Positions 26,991 through 40,529 of a stretch of DNA of 64,000 bases are shown piece by piece. The stretch is from Octopus sinensis (lineage: Eukaryota): the NCBI RefSeq assembly GCF_006345805.1, contig NC_043008.1:45632001-45696000 (forward strand). The letters run 5' to 3'. The position numbers and the translations under genes were made by a program. Under the pieces are notes generated by a model. That model saw only the letters and a program-made list of their open reading frames with translations. It was not told the DNA's origin and did not search any database. How positions within the stretch are numbered: the first letter of the stretch is position 1; each line of letters begins with the position of its first letter.

Positions 26991-29302
26991 GTTCAAAAGC
27001 CACGAAGCTCGACTTTCCGAAGTCGAACGTGAGATATTTGATTTAGAATATAGATACATCTTTCCTGCAAAACATCCATTCGAAAATCCATTCGGCTTGG
27101 ATGAAATTAGTACTGGAAGCGATAAAATCGATTTCCCAGATTCCAGACTTTGTGCCAAGAGTTGAAAGAATTTCTTTTATTGGCGGAGCATTTGCAAAAT
27201 CATTAAAGTGCTGGATATAATGAAATGCCATGTTTGTTACTGCTTTCTGTGCTTGGTGTTCAAATCGTGCTGAAGGTAACGTAGCCCGCCTATTATTTCC
27301 AGGGCGATAATATAAGATACTAATATTTTACAAGGGTTGGCATAACCGACTATTTTCTTCTTTAAATGTTTCTGGATTTTACCTAAAGGAATAGATTTTT
27401 TTCATTTTGGATTTCAGCCTAAACTATTAGTGAAGATTTTAAATTTCTATACTGTACCTGATTTAGACAACAATGAGTTTTGACTGTAATAACATAACGT
27501 TTCTGGACACAACATCCAAAACAAAGCAAGGCTGTTGCATGAACAATAAAAAGTAAACTAAAATCTTAATGAACGCACAAACAATCACATTATCTATAAT
27601 GCAAAAAAAAAAAAGACGAAAAAAGGAAGGAAATCAGAAAATCACGGAGTCACAGGCAATCACGATAACAACACAAGGACATATTTCTCAAATGGAAGCA
27701 ACCACTGACACATCCTCATCTTTCGAGAGAGTTCTCCTCAACAAATTTTCCATACCTAGAATTTTCTTGGTATGGAAAATTTTGTGCGGAAAGAACAAAA
27801 GTGCTTCAGTATTATTATGCTCCACCTACGAGTGTCAACTTTTCACAACATCACAAAGGAAGTCCTGTAGATGTGCCTTGCTAGGTCAGAATTATTTTTC
27901 TTCTGACAGCTAAAAACAAACTTAGACAGCACTGGTAGGTACTCTATATACGTAAACATTTGGAGATGAAAGGCGTATGACATCAATTTTGAAAGCTCTG
28001 AAAGTAGGAACTTAAAGTGTCCAAATCAAAATCTATCCACAAACTAATCTCTCACTTTTAGGAATGATGAAACACAGAAGCTACCGTAGAGAGCCTTGAA
28101 GCGACAGTGAACTACAGTTGTAGTCAATTTTGCTTCCACGATATGGGTAGGTGATCCATGCAAACATAACATTTGGCAAAATGTGGCGTTAGTTTACTAA
28201 ATGCGTGGGTCTCAGGGAAGGGGTCGTGTTTCGCCATTTCGAGGTTCAACAAGATCAATAATTGTAGAATTTGTTCATAATTGTATCATTGAATATTGAT
28301 CTCAAATTTAGGAACCACTTTTGTATTTCATGAGAGAGAGAGAGAGAGAGAGATAGATAGAGAGAGAGAGAGAGAGAGAGTGAGAGAGAGCAGAATAAAA
28401 ACCGTATTATTTAAAATAAGTCATATTGTCGAGGTTATGGGGAGAATAGCTAAATCGAACTTGATATTTTGCAAAACAGTATATCTATATTTTAATTGAA
28501 GTATCTTAAGTTTCCGTAGTGGAACATAAATGTTCTGGTTGCTATTGTTTAGATTCAAATCAACAATGTAGCAGCTATTTAACTATTTGACAGTGTGCAT
28601 TATATTGACAACAACTACGTAATCTATTTTGCCCTTAACTTCTAACAACATGGCATTATTGCTACGTATAGGCTTGGTCACTAAGTTCTGTTTTATTACA
28701 TTTTATCAAACCTATTACTGCTAATAACAATTAAATAATTAAAGTGCATGATTCCAACCGTTCCACAAATGACAATGAATGATGCCGTTTTATCCAGTTA
28801 AACCATTCTAACTTTTAAATGTAATTCATTGCTTTTGCAACATCGATTTTTTTCTCCAAATTGACATAACTATTTGAAATTTTTATAATCTAAAGTTAGT
28901 CGACAACTTCAGTACAAAAGTACAGTTTTTATTTTGGTAATGGTTTATAACAAACCAGCAGGGAAATGTTTTGCCATTCTGTTAGTCGCTTATAAATTGT
29001 GCAAATAAATTCATTGTTAGAGTAATGTCATTAAAAATTAGTTCATAGGTGTGTATATTTAAGATCGGAATTTGTGTTCTGTGACAGTTGGTGGTGGTTT
29101 CTAGGCATTGGGCGATGAGGTTTCAGTTGTTCGATCAACTTAATTGTTCATCGACTTAATATATGACTCTGGTGAACACTCCACGGCCTTGAATAAATTT
29201 AACGTAATACCCAGGTAAAGTCAACGTGACTTAGCGGGTGTCAATGCCGTACCGATAACTATCATACAAACAAACGCGCGCGCACACACACACACACATA
29301 CA

Positions 29303-29351
<49 letters not shown>

Positions 29352-29366
29352 ATATATTATATATAT

Positions 29367-29418
<52 letters not shown>

Positions 29419-29420
<2 letters not shown>

Positions 29421-29660
29421 CGGAGGCGCGTGGCTTAGTGGTTAGTGTGTCAGTACCAAGATCGTAAGATTGTGGTTTCGAATCCTGGACCGGGCAACGC
29501 GTTATTTTCTTGAGCAAAATACTTCATTTCACGTTGCTCCAGTCCACTCAGCTGACAAAAGGGAGTAACGCTGGGATGGACTGGCGTCCCGTCCAGCTGG
29601 GGAACACATACGCCATAGAAACCGGCCATGAGCCTAGCTAGGCTTTAAAAGGGCGCATTT
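29419..29660 (+). mobile_element. tRNA-derived SINE, family C
   Basis: A box tggcttagtggt and B box ggtttcgaatcc, then cttgagcaaaatacttcatttcacgttgctcc; related to 36295-36600. Confidence 0.85.
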
Positions 29661-29671
29661 ATTTATTTAAA

Positions 29672-29900
29672 AGCGGCGAGCTGGCAGAAACGTTAGCATG
29701 TCGGGCGAAAGGCGTAGCCGTATTTCGTCTGTCGTTACGTTCCGAGTTCAAATTCCGCCGAGGTCGACTTTGCCTTTCATTCTTTCGGGGTCGATAAATT
29801 AAGTACCAATTACGCATTGGAGTCGATGTAATCGGCTTAAATCCCTTTGTCTGTCCTTGTTTGTCCCCTCTGTGTTTAGCCCCTTGTGGGTAGTAAAGAA

Positions 29901-29902
<2 letters not shown>
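29672..29902 (+). mobile_element. Family A SINE, near complete
   Basis: gcggcgagctggcagaaacgttagc...gagttcaaattccgccgaggtcgactttgcctttcat..ggggtcgataaattaagtacc. Confidence 0.9.
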
Positions 29903-29945
<43 letters not shown>

Positions 29946-30139
29946 CTTGAAAAATACTATTTGAGCCATTAACTGATCCAAACACGTTACTCTTATCTCA
30001 ATAATCGATCAAAATATTTGACTGTCAAAGACAAGCGTAGATTTATGATACGTAATTTATTTCGACTCCCTGTTTCTGTTAAAAATATACCCGTCTTTGG
30101 TAAAAACCTACATTTTAAGAAAGCAATAAATGTTGATAT

Positions 30140-30812
30140 ATCGAAATTCAGACGATTGACCAGATAAATCTTTCGAACTTTCTATACAAGAGAAAAAGAA
30201 ACCATGATGGTCAACTGGAGAATTTTCATTCTCGGCTGTCTGGATTACTAATCTTACCTGTGGTCAACAAACTGTAAAATTAACGATGGAACTCGAGATG
30301 ATCCAGCGAAGCTACAAGAAGAATATTAATACAATGTGACAGATCAGCTAATGAGAGAGACTGAAAGAGTTAAACTCTCCTTGCGCGAGCGAAGGGAGGA
30401 AAGATATGCGGTAATATACATCTGAAAAATCCTAGAAATCCTTTGGTATTGTCAGTTGCATAAATATCAGGACGGGAGACCACTGCATAATACTAAAAAA
30501 AACCAACATTGCCATCAGGATAAGAACCGGGCACCGCTACAACTTGGGCTTCAAAGACCCACAACTCTTCAATATCCTCCCACAAAACCAGAGTGACCTG
30601 TATGGAGGGCACGTAGGGTTTTTCAAAACAAAATTGGAACCCCTTCTGTCATAAGTTCCGGATGAGCCAACCTCAAAGCAAGAAACACAGATGAGAGCAA
30701 CAACGTCAAACTCCCTCGTCCACCAAATGGCACATATCAGAAGAGGTTTAGTGAAAGTGTAGCAAAGTAAATGGTGGTGCCCCAGTATGGCCACAGTCCT
30801 TAGACTGAAACA
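30140..30812 (+). mobile_element. Old CR1/L2-like LINE 3' fragment (copy E)
   Basis: Decayed KETMMVNWRIFILGCLDY and ELEMIQRSY; terminal motif tatggccacagtccttagactgaaac. Confidence 0.85.
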
Positions 30813-30850
30813 CACACACACGCACGCACACGCACACACACACACATATC

Positions 30851-30932
<82 letters not shown>

Positions 30933-30944
30933 GTATGTATTCAA

Positions 30945-31140
30945 TATGTGACCTCGTGAGTACCGGTGGTGATTTTTTTTCCTCTGTCTTCCCTTCTCGG
31001 GATCTTTCCTTCTCCTATGTTTCCGACGAAGAGCTCCGCTCGTCTTCCCTTCTTTCCTGAGCGTCCAATAATACTTTATTTGTTCCACGTCCTTCGTTGT
31101 TGTGTTTTTTTGTTCTTTTGTGTTTTCTTGTTTGGATTAT

Positions 31141-31145
<5 letters not shown>
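30945..31145 (+). mobile_element. Penelope-like solo terminal repeat, family with a mini-hammerhead (GAAA half deleted here)
   Basis: Homologous to 56150-56360; gttt-ccgacga-a-gagc-tcc-gctc-g. Confidence 0.6.
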
Positions 31146-31183
<38 letters not shown>

Positions 31184-31830
31184 TGTGGCTAGAGAAAAGA
31201 AGGAAAGGGTGAAAGGCAAGCAAAAATAGAGAGTAGATGGGAGGATAGACATAAGGTAGCCTACGTAATAGCAAGTGCCCATGCACAAGCCGCGAAACGA
31301 CAAACTCGCATGAACAACGCATGTGCAGTGGTCAGAAGTGTTTGGATATAGAAAAAGATTTCACGAGGATTTTGACAATCGGTAGGAATATTAAAAAAAG
31401 AAACCATTACATCTAGCAGGACGAGATTGAACAGTTTGAAGGTAAAGCACAGAAACTGAGGAGTGGGTACGAAGATTTGCTTTGTGTGTTTCGGATAATC
31501 AATATGCTGTGACGGGGAGGAACTGTAGGTAACCAGCTAAATAGCGAAGCGTTAATTGCAGGTGAACAAAAATCTAAAGTACATTGGTAGTAAACACTGT
31601 TCTATAGCAAGACTATATGATCCGATGTGCAGTGAAATACGTAGGATACTAGGGTATATCAAGGGACAAATTCAATTATAGAAACTCTACAATACATAGG
31701 GTTAAAAAAGAATCAAGATAACGCAAAACATGAATACAATAAGAAAAGGAAGCAACATTTTTGTTATCGAAGGGCGTAGAACAGATTGGAGTTTTCCAGA
31801 TGCACTGACGGTGCTGTGTGTCGGAAGAGT

Positions 31831-31893
<63 letters not shown>

Positions 31894-31965
31894 GGGAATA
31901 AATCCAAACTTACAGGGAAAAATTAGATTTAGGATTAAATCCAATTTTATTGTATAAATATATCA

Positions 31966-32996
31966 TATTATATTAAATTAGAGATAAAACCACTATCAGG
32001 CAAATCAAACAGTGAAAAACATAAGCCAATACATAAAATTAATTTAAAAATATAAAAGTTAAAAATTAAAAAGTTATCTAAATAATTTAAACTTATAAAT
32101 TTCAAATATATATATACATTTATGTATTATTAGTGAATTGAAGAAATGGAGTTGAACGAAGATTGAACAGAAATCGTTTTATTGCATTCTACACGTGTTT
32201 CGAAAGCCACAATTTCCCAAATTCCGATTGAATAAGGAGACCATATTGTGTCTTTCTCTTCAGGAAGAAATAGGAAATCCGTTGGAAAAAACAAAAACCG
32301 AACAGAGGCGGAGCAAAACAAATAGAACAAGGCTCCTAAGAGACCATGGCCAAAACGATTTCTGTTCAATCTTCGTTCAACTCCATTTCTTCAATTCACT
32401 AATAATATTAAAATTCAATTATCCGCACCAACGCATGGTTGCAACACCATATGGTTGTACCTCCAACCGTGCTGTCTTCTGCTGTGATTTTTGGTACCAA
32501 GGTATCGGTTAAACTTTTGATTAATCTGCAACAAGATTATTCATCTTTCTATTTCACAAAATATACATTTATGTATGTATATTTTTACATTTATACATTA
32601 TTTTATTAATTAATTAATTTATTTATTAATTCATTTTATTTTATTTTATTTGTTTATTTATTTATTTTTATTTTAAATAAATATCAAGAGTATTAAAAGT
32701 TTAATAAAACTTTTAATACTTTTGATATTTATTTGAAAAAAAAATGAAATAAAAAAAATAAAATAAAATAAAAAAAATAAATTAATTAATTAATAAATAA
32801 AAAAAATAATATATAAAAATAAAAATATACATACATAAATATATATATATTTGTATATATATATATTTAAAATTATAAGTTTAAATTATTTAAATAATTT
32901 TTAAATTTTTAACTTTTATATTTTTAAATTAATTTTATGTGTGGCTTATGTTTTTCACTTTTTGATTTGCCTAATAGTGGTTTTATCTCTTATTTA

Positions 32997-33004
<8 letters not shown>
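31966..33004. repeat. Nested inverted-repeat complex
   Basis: Outer arms 31966-32117 and 32853-33004; inner perfect 56-bp arms 32125-32180 and 32352-32407; second hairpin about 32567-32842. Confidence 0.9.
32187..32266 (-). ncRNA. Type I hammerhead ribozyme
   Basis: UUC-CUGAAGA-GAAAG a CACAAU...AUUGUG g CUUUC-GAA-ACACGUGU-A-GAA: intact core, G10.1-C11.1 pair, palindromic stem III, GUA site. Confidence 0.85.
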
Positions 33005-33049
<45 letters not shown>

Positions 33050-33087
33050 CACTGATGGTGCTGTGTGTCGGAAGAGTTTATATATAC

Positions 33088-33240
33088 CGGGCTTTGTGAT
33101 TGTTTATTGTGCGAAAATACCTATAGCTCTACGAGGCTCCGACAGGGGATGGTGGCGTCATTTGAAGGCTAAAACAATGCGAAGCGCATTGTGACCAGCG
33201 ATGTGTAGCAACATCTGATAGCCTGGTCGGTCACGATGAT
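33088..33240 (+). mobile_element. SINE family D, internally deleted
   Basis: Reverse-complement homolog of 33848-34150. Confidence 0.8.
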
Positions 33241-33847
33241 ATATATATATATATATGAGATGTTTGTTTTTATACAGTTTGTCGCGCACATTGTAGACAG
33301 AGTACACAGTACGTTTATTCATACACTTACCATAAATCAGAAATTATAAATGTTTCGTGTTGGTTCGCTACATTTTGTGAATTATACTTAGAGATCGAAA
33401 AATAGAGGCAGCTCTAATACAATACAACTTTAGGATACAGGAAAACATCTGTACACTCACTTATAGTGTATTCAATGTAATTCAAATGTTTACCGAACCC
33501 AATATTTATCCTTCGTGAATATTTTCAAAATCACTATCAATAAACATATAGATTTACATCGATTCAAATATGCAGAAAGGAATGATAAGAAATGCAAACC
33601 CTGATGGATTCAAAGGCATATACAGAATGATAGTATGAAAATGAAACAACACGTTTTTCTCTTGACAAAGAAAAAAAATATTGAACGGATTACGGATTTC
33701 ATTCAGGGGAACTTCTTTAGGGGAACTTGCACTTAAGCAATAGTTTCATCCAGAATGGCGCGGCACTGGTTGTTTGAGCACAGGAATGTATAGTTTCAAA
33801 TATGGAATGTCTATGAATGTATGTGTGTATGTATATATATATATAAA

Positions 33848-34150
33848 ACACGTGATCACGTGACCAACCAGGCCATCAGATGTTCCTACACATCACTGGT
33901 CACAATGCGTTTCGCATTGTTTTAGCCTTCAATGACGCCATCCCGCTGGCTAAGCGAGCAGGCCAACAGAAGAAAGAGTGAGAGAAAGTTGTGGCGAAAG
34001 AGTACAGCAGGGATCGCCACCCACCCTGCCGGAGTCTCGTGGAGCTTTAGGTGTTTTCGCTCAATAAATATTCACAACGACCGGTCTGGGAATCGAAACC
34101 GCGATCCTAAGACCGCGAGTCCGCTGCCCTAAACACTGGGCCATTGCGCT
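33848..34150 (-). mobile_element. tRNA-derived SINE family D, full length
   Basis: Minus strand: gcaatggcccagtg.ttagggcagcggactc..ggtttcgattccc head; ends ggtcacgtgatcacgtg. Confidence 0.85.
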
Positions 34151-34151
34151 T

Positions 34152-34184
<33 letters not shown>

Positions 34185-34479
34185 TATATGTATATTTATA
34201 TATATATATATATATAGGCTTCATGTGTTTCTTGGAAGTGTAGTCTATTCTTAGCTACTACAGCGCCACTGTGAATTTCTTCTGCCTTCTTGCTCTGGTA
34301 AAGTATTTGAGAAACATTGTATTAATGTGTCCAGCTGGTTAACATTCTTCTTATTTATTTGTGCAGCTAAAGATGATACTGCATTTAAATTGATGTAATG
34401 ATTGCATTGTTCAATTAAATGGAGCCGCTTGATATGTTGTTGCTTGTTTTGATATTATATACACACACACACATATATA

Positions 34480-34537
<58 letters not shown>

Positions 34538-34568
34538 CACACACACACATATATATATATACACACAC

Positions 34569-34620
<52 letters not shown>

Positions 34621-34623
34621 ATA

Positions 34624-34692
<69 letters not shown>

Positions 34693-34749
34693 ATATATAC
34701 CTATATATATACCTAATATATACCTATATATATCTACCTATATATATAC

Positions 34750-34786
<37 letters not shown>

Positions 34787-34832
34787 CCTATATATATATA
34801 TATACACTATATAGATACTTACATATATATAC

Positions 34833-35261
34833 GATTTGATTTTGATTTTGATTTTTCCAGTTTCAGCTCATGAGCTGTGGCCATGCTGGGGCACCGCCAT
34901 TTGGTTTGCTACATGAGTTTACCTCACGAATGCTTGTTAGCAGTTGCCATTTGGTGCATGAGAGAGTTCGATGCAGCTGCCCTCATCTGCACCTCCTGCC
35001 GTGAAGTTGGATCATCCGGGACACCTGACAGGAAGAGATCCAGTCCTACTTTAAAGACATCCGCATATACACCATGCAGGTCCCTCAGGTTCTTCGGGAG
35101 GATACTGAAGAGCTGTGGGCCTCTGAAGCCCAGGCTATCACAGTATCTTGTCCTACATCTTGATGCGAAATTTGGAGTCCTTGGTACCACTCAGTGACGC
35201 CCGGTTCTAGCATTTGTGTGACTCTCGATGCCAAAGTTTGGGACAAGTCCTTCCAGGATCT
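34833..35261 (-). mobile_element. CR1/L2-like LINE 3' fragment (copy F, subfamily with (AAAATC)n tail)
   Basis: RTRYCDSLGFRGPQLFSILPKNLRDLHGV; tail gattttgattttgatttt on the + strand. Confidence 0.92.
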
Positions 35262-35708
35262 ATATAGTTATATATATATATATATAAATATATACCTATA
35301 TATACATATATATATATATCCACACATATATATATATACATATATATACATATATATATATATATATACATACATATATATATAAACCTACATATATACA
35401 TATATATATATACATATATATATACTATATATATGTACATATATATATATATGTACATATATATATACATATATATATATAATATATACATATATATATA
35501 TACACATATATATATATACACACATATATACATATATATATATATACCTATATATATATATACATACATATATATATACACACCACCCACATATATATAT
35601 ATACCTATATAAGATCATACATATATATATAAACCTACATATATACATATATACCTATATATACAATATATACATACATATATATATAAACCTATATATA
35701 TATAAACC

Positions 35709-35740
<32 letters not shown>

Positions 35741-36073
35741 TATGTATATATACATATATATATGTACATATATATATACATGCATATATATATATACATA
35801 TATATATGTACATATATATATATACATATATGTACATATATATATATACATACATATATACATATATATGCATATATATATACATATATACATATATATA
35901 TACATATATATGTACATACATATATACATATATACATATATATATACATACATATATACATATATACATATATATATATACATACATACATATATATATA
36001 TACATACATACATATATATATATACATACATACATATATATATATACATACATACATATATATATATACATAT

Positions 36074-36122
<49 letters not shown>

Positions 36123-36230
36123 TACATATATATATATATATATATACATATATATACATACACATGTATATACATACACTTATGTATATATATATACATA
36201 CATATATATACATACTTATATATACATACA

Positions 36231-36294
<64 letters not shown>
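35262..36294. repeat. About 1-kb interrupted (TA)n/(TACA)n array
   Basis: Directly visible. Confidence 0.97.
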
Positions 36295-36297
<3 letters not shown>

Positions 36298-36600
36298 AAG
36301 GGGTAAAGACACCATGGGATTGCACCTAGAAAGTTACCCTCCTAGACACAAGTCCGGGCAAGGTTGTTTATGGAAAACCAGCAGTCGCCCATGCATACCA
36401 GCCTCCCCTCTCCACGCCACCAGTGTTATCCAAGGGAAAGACAAAGGTCGATACAGCTTGGCACCAGTGACGTCGCAACTCATTTTTACAGTTGAGTGAG
36501 ATGGAGCAACGTGAAATAAAGTGCTTTACTCAAGAACACAACACGCAGCCCGGTCCGGGATTCGAGCTCACAACCTCACGATCGTAAGCTCGACGCTCTA
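36295..36600 (-). mobile_element. SINE family C
   Basis: Minus strand: gtagagcgtcgagcttacgatcgtgaggttgtgagctcgaatcccgg..cttgagtaaagcac. Confidence 0.85.
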
Positions 36601-36622
36601 CACACATATATATATATATATA

Positions 36623-37066
36623 CCCCAGCAAGAACTATAAGAAAGAAACATCTGCAAATTCTACCTGAAGGGGGACTGCTGGTACGGCGTCGAAGGTGCG
36701 AACTGTCGCTTTGCACATCAGAGGCCCTACCAAAATCGCACGGACGCGAGACAGGGGTCCCTCCCTCGGGGAGAACAAAAAGAAAAAGTCAAAAGAAGGG
36801 CAAAAAGCGCACTGACCACTCCTGAAAGAGGATATGCAGATGAGGTGCGCAGTAACCCAACAAATGGCCAGCTTTACCCAGATGTGAGAAGGGCGGCAGC
36901 TGAACAGCAGTCTTTTTTGTGCATGGCACAAAAAATTGTTTAGCAGCTGACCTGGCTACAAGCACAAAGCTGGAACTACCACCACATAAGGCCACCTCCA
37001 ACAGATACAGGATGGCCACCACAGACACCAACACCAACACACACACCACAAAAATATTTCTACTGA
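36623..37066 (+). pseudogene. LINE ORF1 C-terminal remnant with CCCH zinc finger and Pro-rich tail
   Basis: ICKFYLKGDCWYGVEGANCRFAH (36650-36718); in-frame stops at 36638 and 36941. Confidence 0.7.
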
Positions 37067-40000
37067 ATGTAGGAGGGCTGCTGCGCGGAAACTGTAAAAG
37101 AAAAATCTCATTCCTGAGAGACCTTGTGACATGCAATCAAGCTATATGCATGGCACTCACAGAAACGCATCTTGAACCCGACATAGGTGATACAGAAATA
37201 CACATGCCGCAATATGCGTCATACGCACAGATAGAAAAGGGAGGAGCCATGGTGGAGTTGCAATGTACATCCGAGATGACCTCACACCCAGGTCCTGCTG
37301 TCATATTCAAACTCAGTATGTGAAACACAAATTGTACACATAAGACAACTGAATATCGTCATATGCACTACACATCGCCAACCAGATGCCCCAAAACACT
37401 CAGGCATGTTTGAAGACTGCCTAACAAAAATAGGAGAAGTCCTCACCAACCTTGAACAACACAACAGTGTATTCTTCATGGGTGCCTTTAACCTACCCAA
37501 TGTAGAATGGCCTGGGGGGCAGATGCTCCCAGGGATGACACACCATCAGCAGGCACAGGTGGAGTCCCTGCTCCATCTCACAAATGCCTTTTTCATGGAG
37601 AAAATAGTTCTGCAACCAACAAGGGCAGATAATATACTGGATCTATGCTTCACAAACAATATGGATATTATCCATAATGTTAATGTGATACCGACAATGA
37701 TCTCGGATCACAACATAATAGAGCTGTCAATGTATGGAACAAAAGCCCCCGTAGACACACAGCCTATACGAAGCATCCACCATCTCTCCAACTTAAACTT
37801 TCATAAAGCCAACTGGACGTTGATTGAGAAAGAGATCCTCAAACAGGATTGGCCTGAATGTCTCTCCACACCGGACATAAACATGAAACACAAACGCTTC
37901 ATGTCCATAATACAAGCCATATGTGACAAATATGTACCAGTGTGCAGGGCCAGCACACACAAGAACAAAAACAGGATCCCTAGAGAAAGGAGGATTCTTA
38001 TGAGACGACGGACAAGGATTGCGAACCGCCTGAGCAAGCACACCAAAAGTGGTGAGAAGTCTCGGCTCGAAAGAATGCTAATGGAAACTGAGAAAAGTCT
38101 ACATCAGTCCCATGAAAAGGAGAGAGCAGATAAAGAAGCTTGGGTAATATAAAATATAAAATCAAACCCTAAAGCTTTCTTTAAGTTTGCCAAATAGACA
38201 GCCACAGTGCACCAGAGAATAGGACTTCTCCTTCAAAAAGATGGCTCTCTCACAGGAAATCCCACGAGGATAAGTGAAATACTGAACGAACAGTTCCAAA
38301 GTGTGTTCACTACACCTCTAGGACACAGGCAAGTAAACAACCCAGAAGAATTCTTTGCCACTTTACCTGCGGCCAAAGAGGCAAAAATTGAGTACATCAA
38401 CATCCAAGATGATGATATCACCATAGCCATAGATGAGATTGACACAAACTCAGCTGCTGGACCTGATGGATTCCCAGCGATCCTTCTCAAAACGTGCAAA
38501 CGAGCCCTTGCAAAACCGCTACAGCTTCTTTTTCAGAGCTTTCTTGCAAGTGGTAAGCTCCCAGTCAAATTGAAAGAGGGGGTAATATGCCCTATCCACA
38601 AGGGAGGTAGCAGATCAGATGCTAAAAATTATAGGCCTATCTCTCTGACCTCACACATCAGCAAAGTCACGAAACGAATAGTCCGTAAGAAACTAATCAT
38701 GTTCCTTGAAGAAAATGACTTGCTGTCTGACACCCAGCATGGATTTCGACCAGGTAGAGGCTGCCTATCACAGCTCCTGCAACACTATGACTAGGTGTTG
38801 AAACATCTACTAAATGGCTCAAATGTGGATGTAATATATCTCGACTTTGCAAAAGCCTTTGATAAAGTCGACCATGGTATGATCTGTCACAAACTGCGTG
38901 GTCTCGGCATAGGCGGAAAACTTGGAGAGTGGGTGCACAACTTCCTAAAAGACAGAAAACAGGCAGTTGGGAGCAATGGAGCTACCTCCAAGGAAACGCA
39001 AATAACAAGCGGTGTCCCACAGGGCACTGTCTAAGGGCCACTGATGTTCATAGTGGCCCTTTCAGACATGTCTTCATTTGCTACGATGACCACCCTTGCT
39101 AGCTATGCAGATGACACAAAAGTCTCCCACGCAATACAAAACCCTGAAAATATTGTGCATCTGCAACATGAGCTGGACACAATATACAGGTGGGCTGAGG
39201 ACAACAACATGCAGTTTAATGCAGGTAAGTTCCAGGCCCTGCGCTACTGGCACACAAAGGTAAATGACGTGAAGACTGGATACACTGGCCCAGGAAGAAT
39301 TGCAATCCCTGAGTCAAAATCAGTGCGCGACCTGGGCATTGACATGAGCAATGATGCATCTTTCCAAGTGCATATTGCTAATCTGGTGATAAAATGCAGA
39401 CGGCTAGCTGGATGGATTCTCCGACCTTTCAGAACAAGAGAGAGGGAGACACTGATGGTCCTATGGAAAACATTCGTCCTCAGCTGCTTGGACTACTGCT
39501 CCCAACTGTGGTCACCACACAATATAAAACTAACAGCAGAACTCGAAGCAATTCAGAGAAGCTACACAAAGAAAATCGTCTCAATGCAAAATATCAGCTA
39601 CTGGGAAAGACTGAAGGTATTAAACCTCTTCTCCCTAGAGCGGGGGCGGGAGAGATATGCGGTGATATACATTTGGAAAATCCTGGAGGGTCTTGTCCCA
39701 AACTTTGGCATTCAAAGTTACCCCAACCGCAGAACGGGGCGCTACTGCGTGGTGCCAAGGATTCCAACATCACCATCAAAATACAGGTCCAGATACTGCA
39801 ACAGCTTGGGTTTCAGAGGACCACATCTCTTTAAAATCCTCCCTAAATGCCTGAGAGACTTACATGGTGTGGATGTGGGTTTCTTTAAAACTAAACTGGA
39901 TCTCTTCTTGTTGGGAGTCCCAGATGAACCTACCTCACGACAGGAGACGCGGATGCGGGCAGCAGCATCGAACTCCCTTGTTGATCAAGTGCCACGTATC

Positions 40001-40072
40001 AGAGGTGGATTCACAAATTGGTGTAGCTCATTTAGCGGTGGTGCCCCAGCATGGCCGCGGCCTTCGGGCTAA
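37048..40072 (+). pseudogene. LINE ORF2 (AP endonuclease plus reverse transcriptase), disrupted
   Basis: IFLLNVGGL, ALTETHL, GAFNLP, ILDL, SDHN; NYRPISLTS, DFAKAFD, GVPQG, YADD (39104-39115). Two frameshifts near 37220 and 37290; stops at 38150, 38195, 38792 and 39032. Confidence 0.96.
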
Positions 40073-40097
40073 AACATTTTAAGGATGTAAGGATTTA

Positions 40098-40142
<45 letters not shown>

Positions 40143-40168
40143 ATATATTATATATACATCATATATAT

Positions 40169-40214
<46 letters not shown>

Positions 40215-40452
40215 ATATATATATATATATATTACATACATACATATATATATATACATACATACAATATATATATATACATACATACAATATATATATA
40301 TACATACATACATAATATATATACATACATACTATATATATATATACATTCAACGTTAAAGACTTGTTTTATTTATATACATACATACATATATATATAC
40401 ATACATACATATATATATATACATACATACATGCATATATATATATACATAC

Positions 40453-40529
<77 letters not shown>

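Larger units (their letters stand above)
36622..40096 (+). mobile_element. Near full-length CR1/L2-like LINE (copy G)
   Basis: ORF1 3' part, APE, RT, terminal stem-loop and TTTAAGGA-type tail; flanked by microsatellites. Confidence 0.97.

Noticed and set aside
27043-27235. Short ORFs or a candidate exon on both strands
   Set aside because: No recognisable motif; the length is compatible with chance.
34080-34150. tRNA genes (also 29419-29475 and 1860-1920)
   Set aside because: The A/B boxes continue into repeat bodies without a full cloverleaf; these are SINE heads or remnants.
36638-38197. Alternative genetic code (TAA/TAG = Gln), since four stops fall at plausible Gln positions
   Set aside because: CAA/CAG are used normally, and the roughly 620 downstream codons have only two private stops. 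C-to-T mutation explains it.
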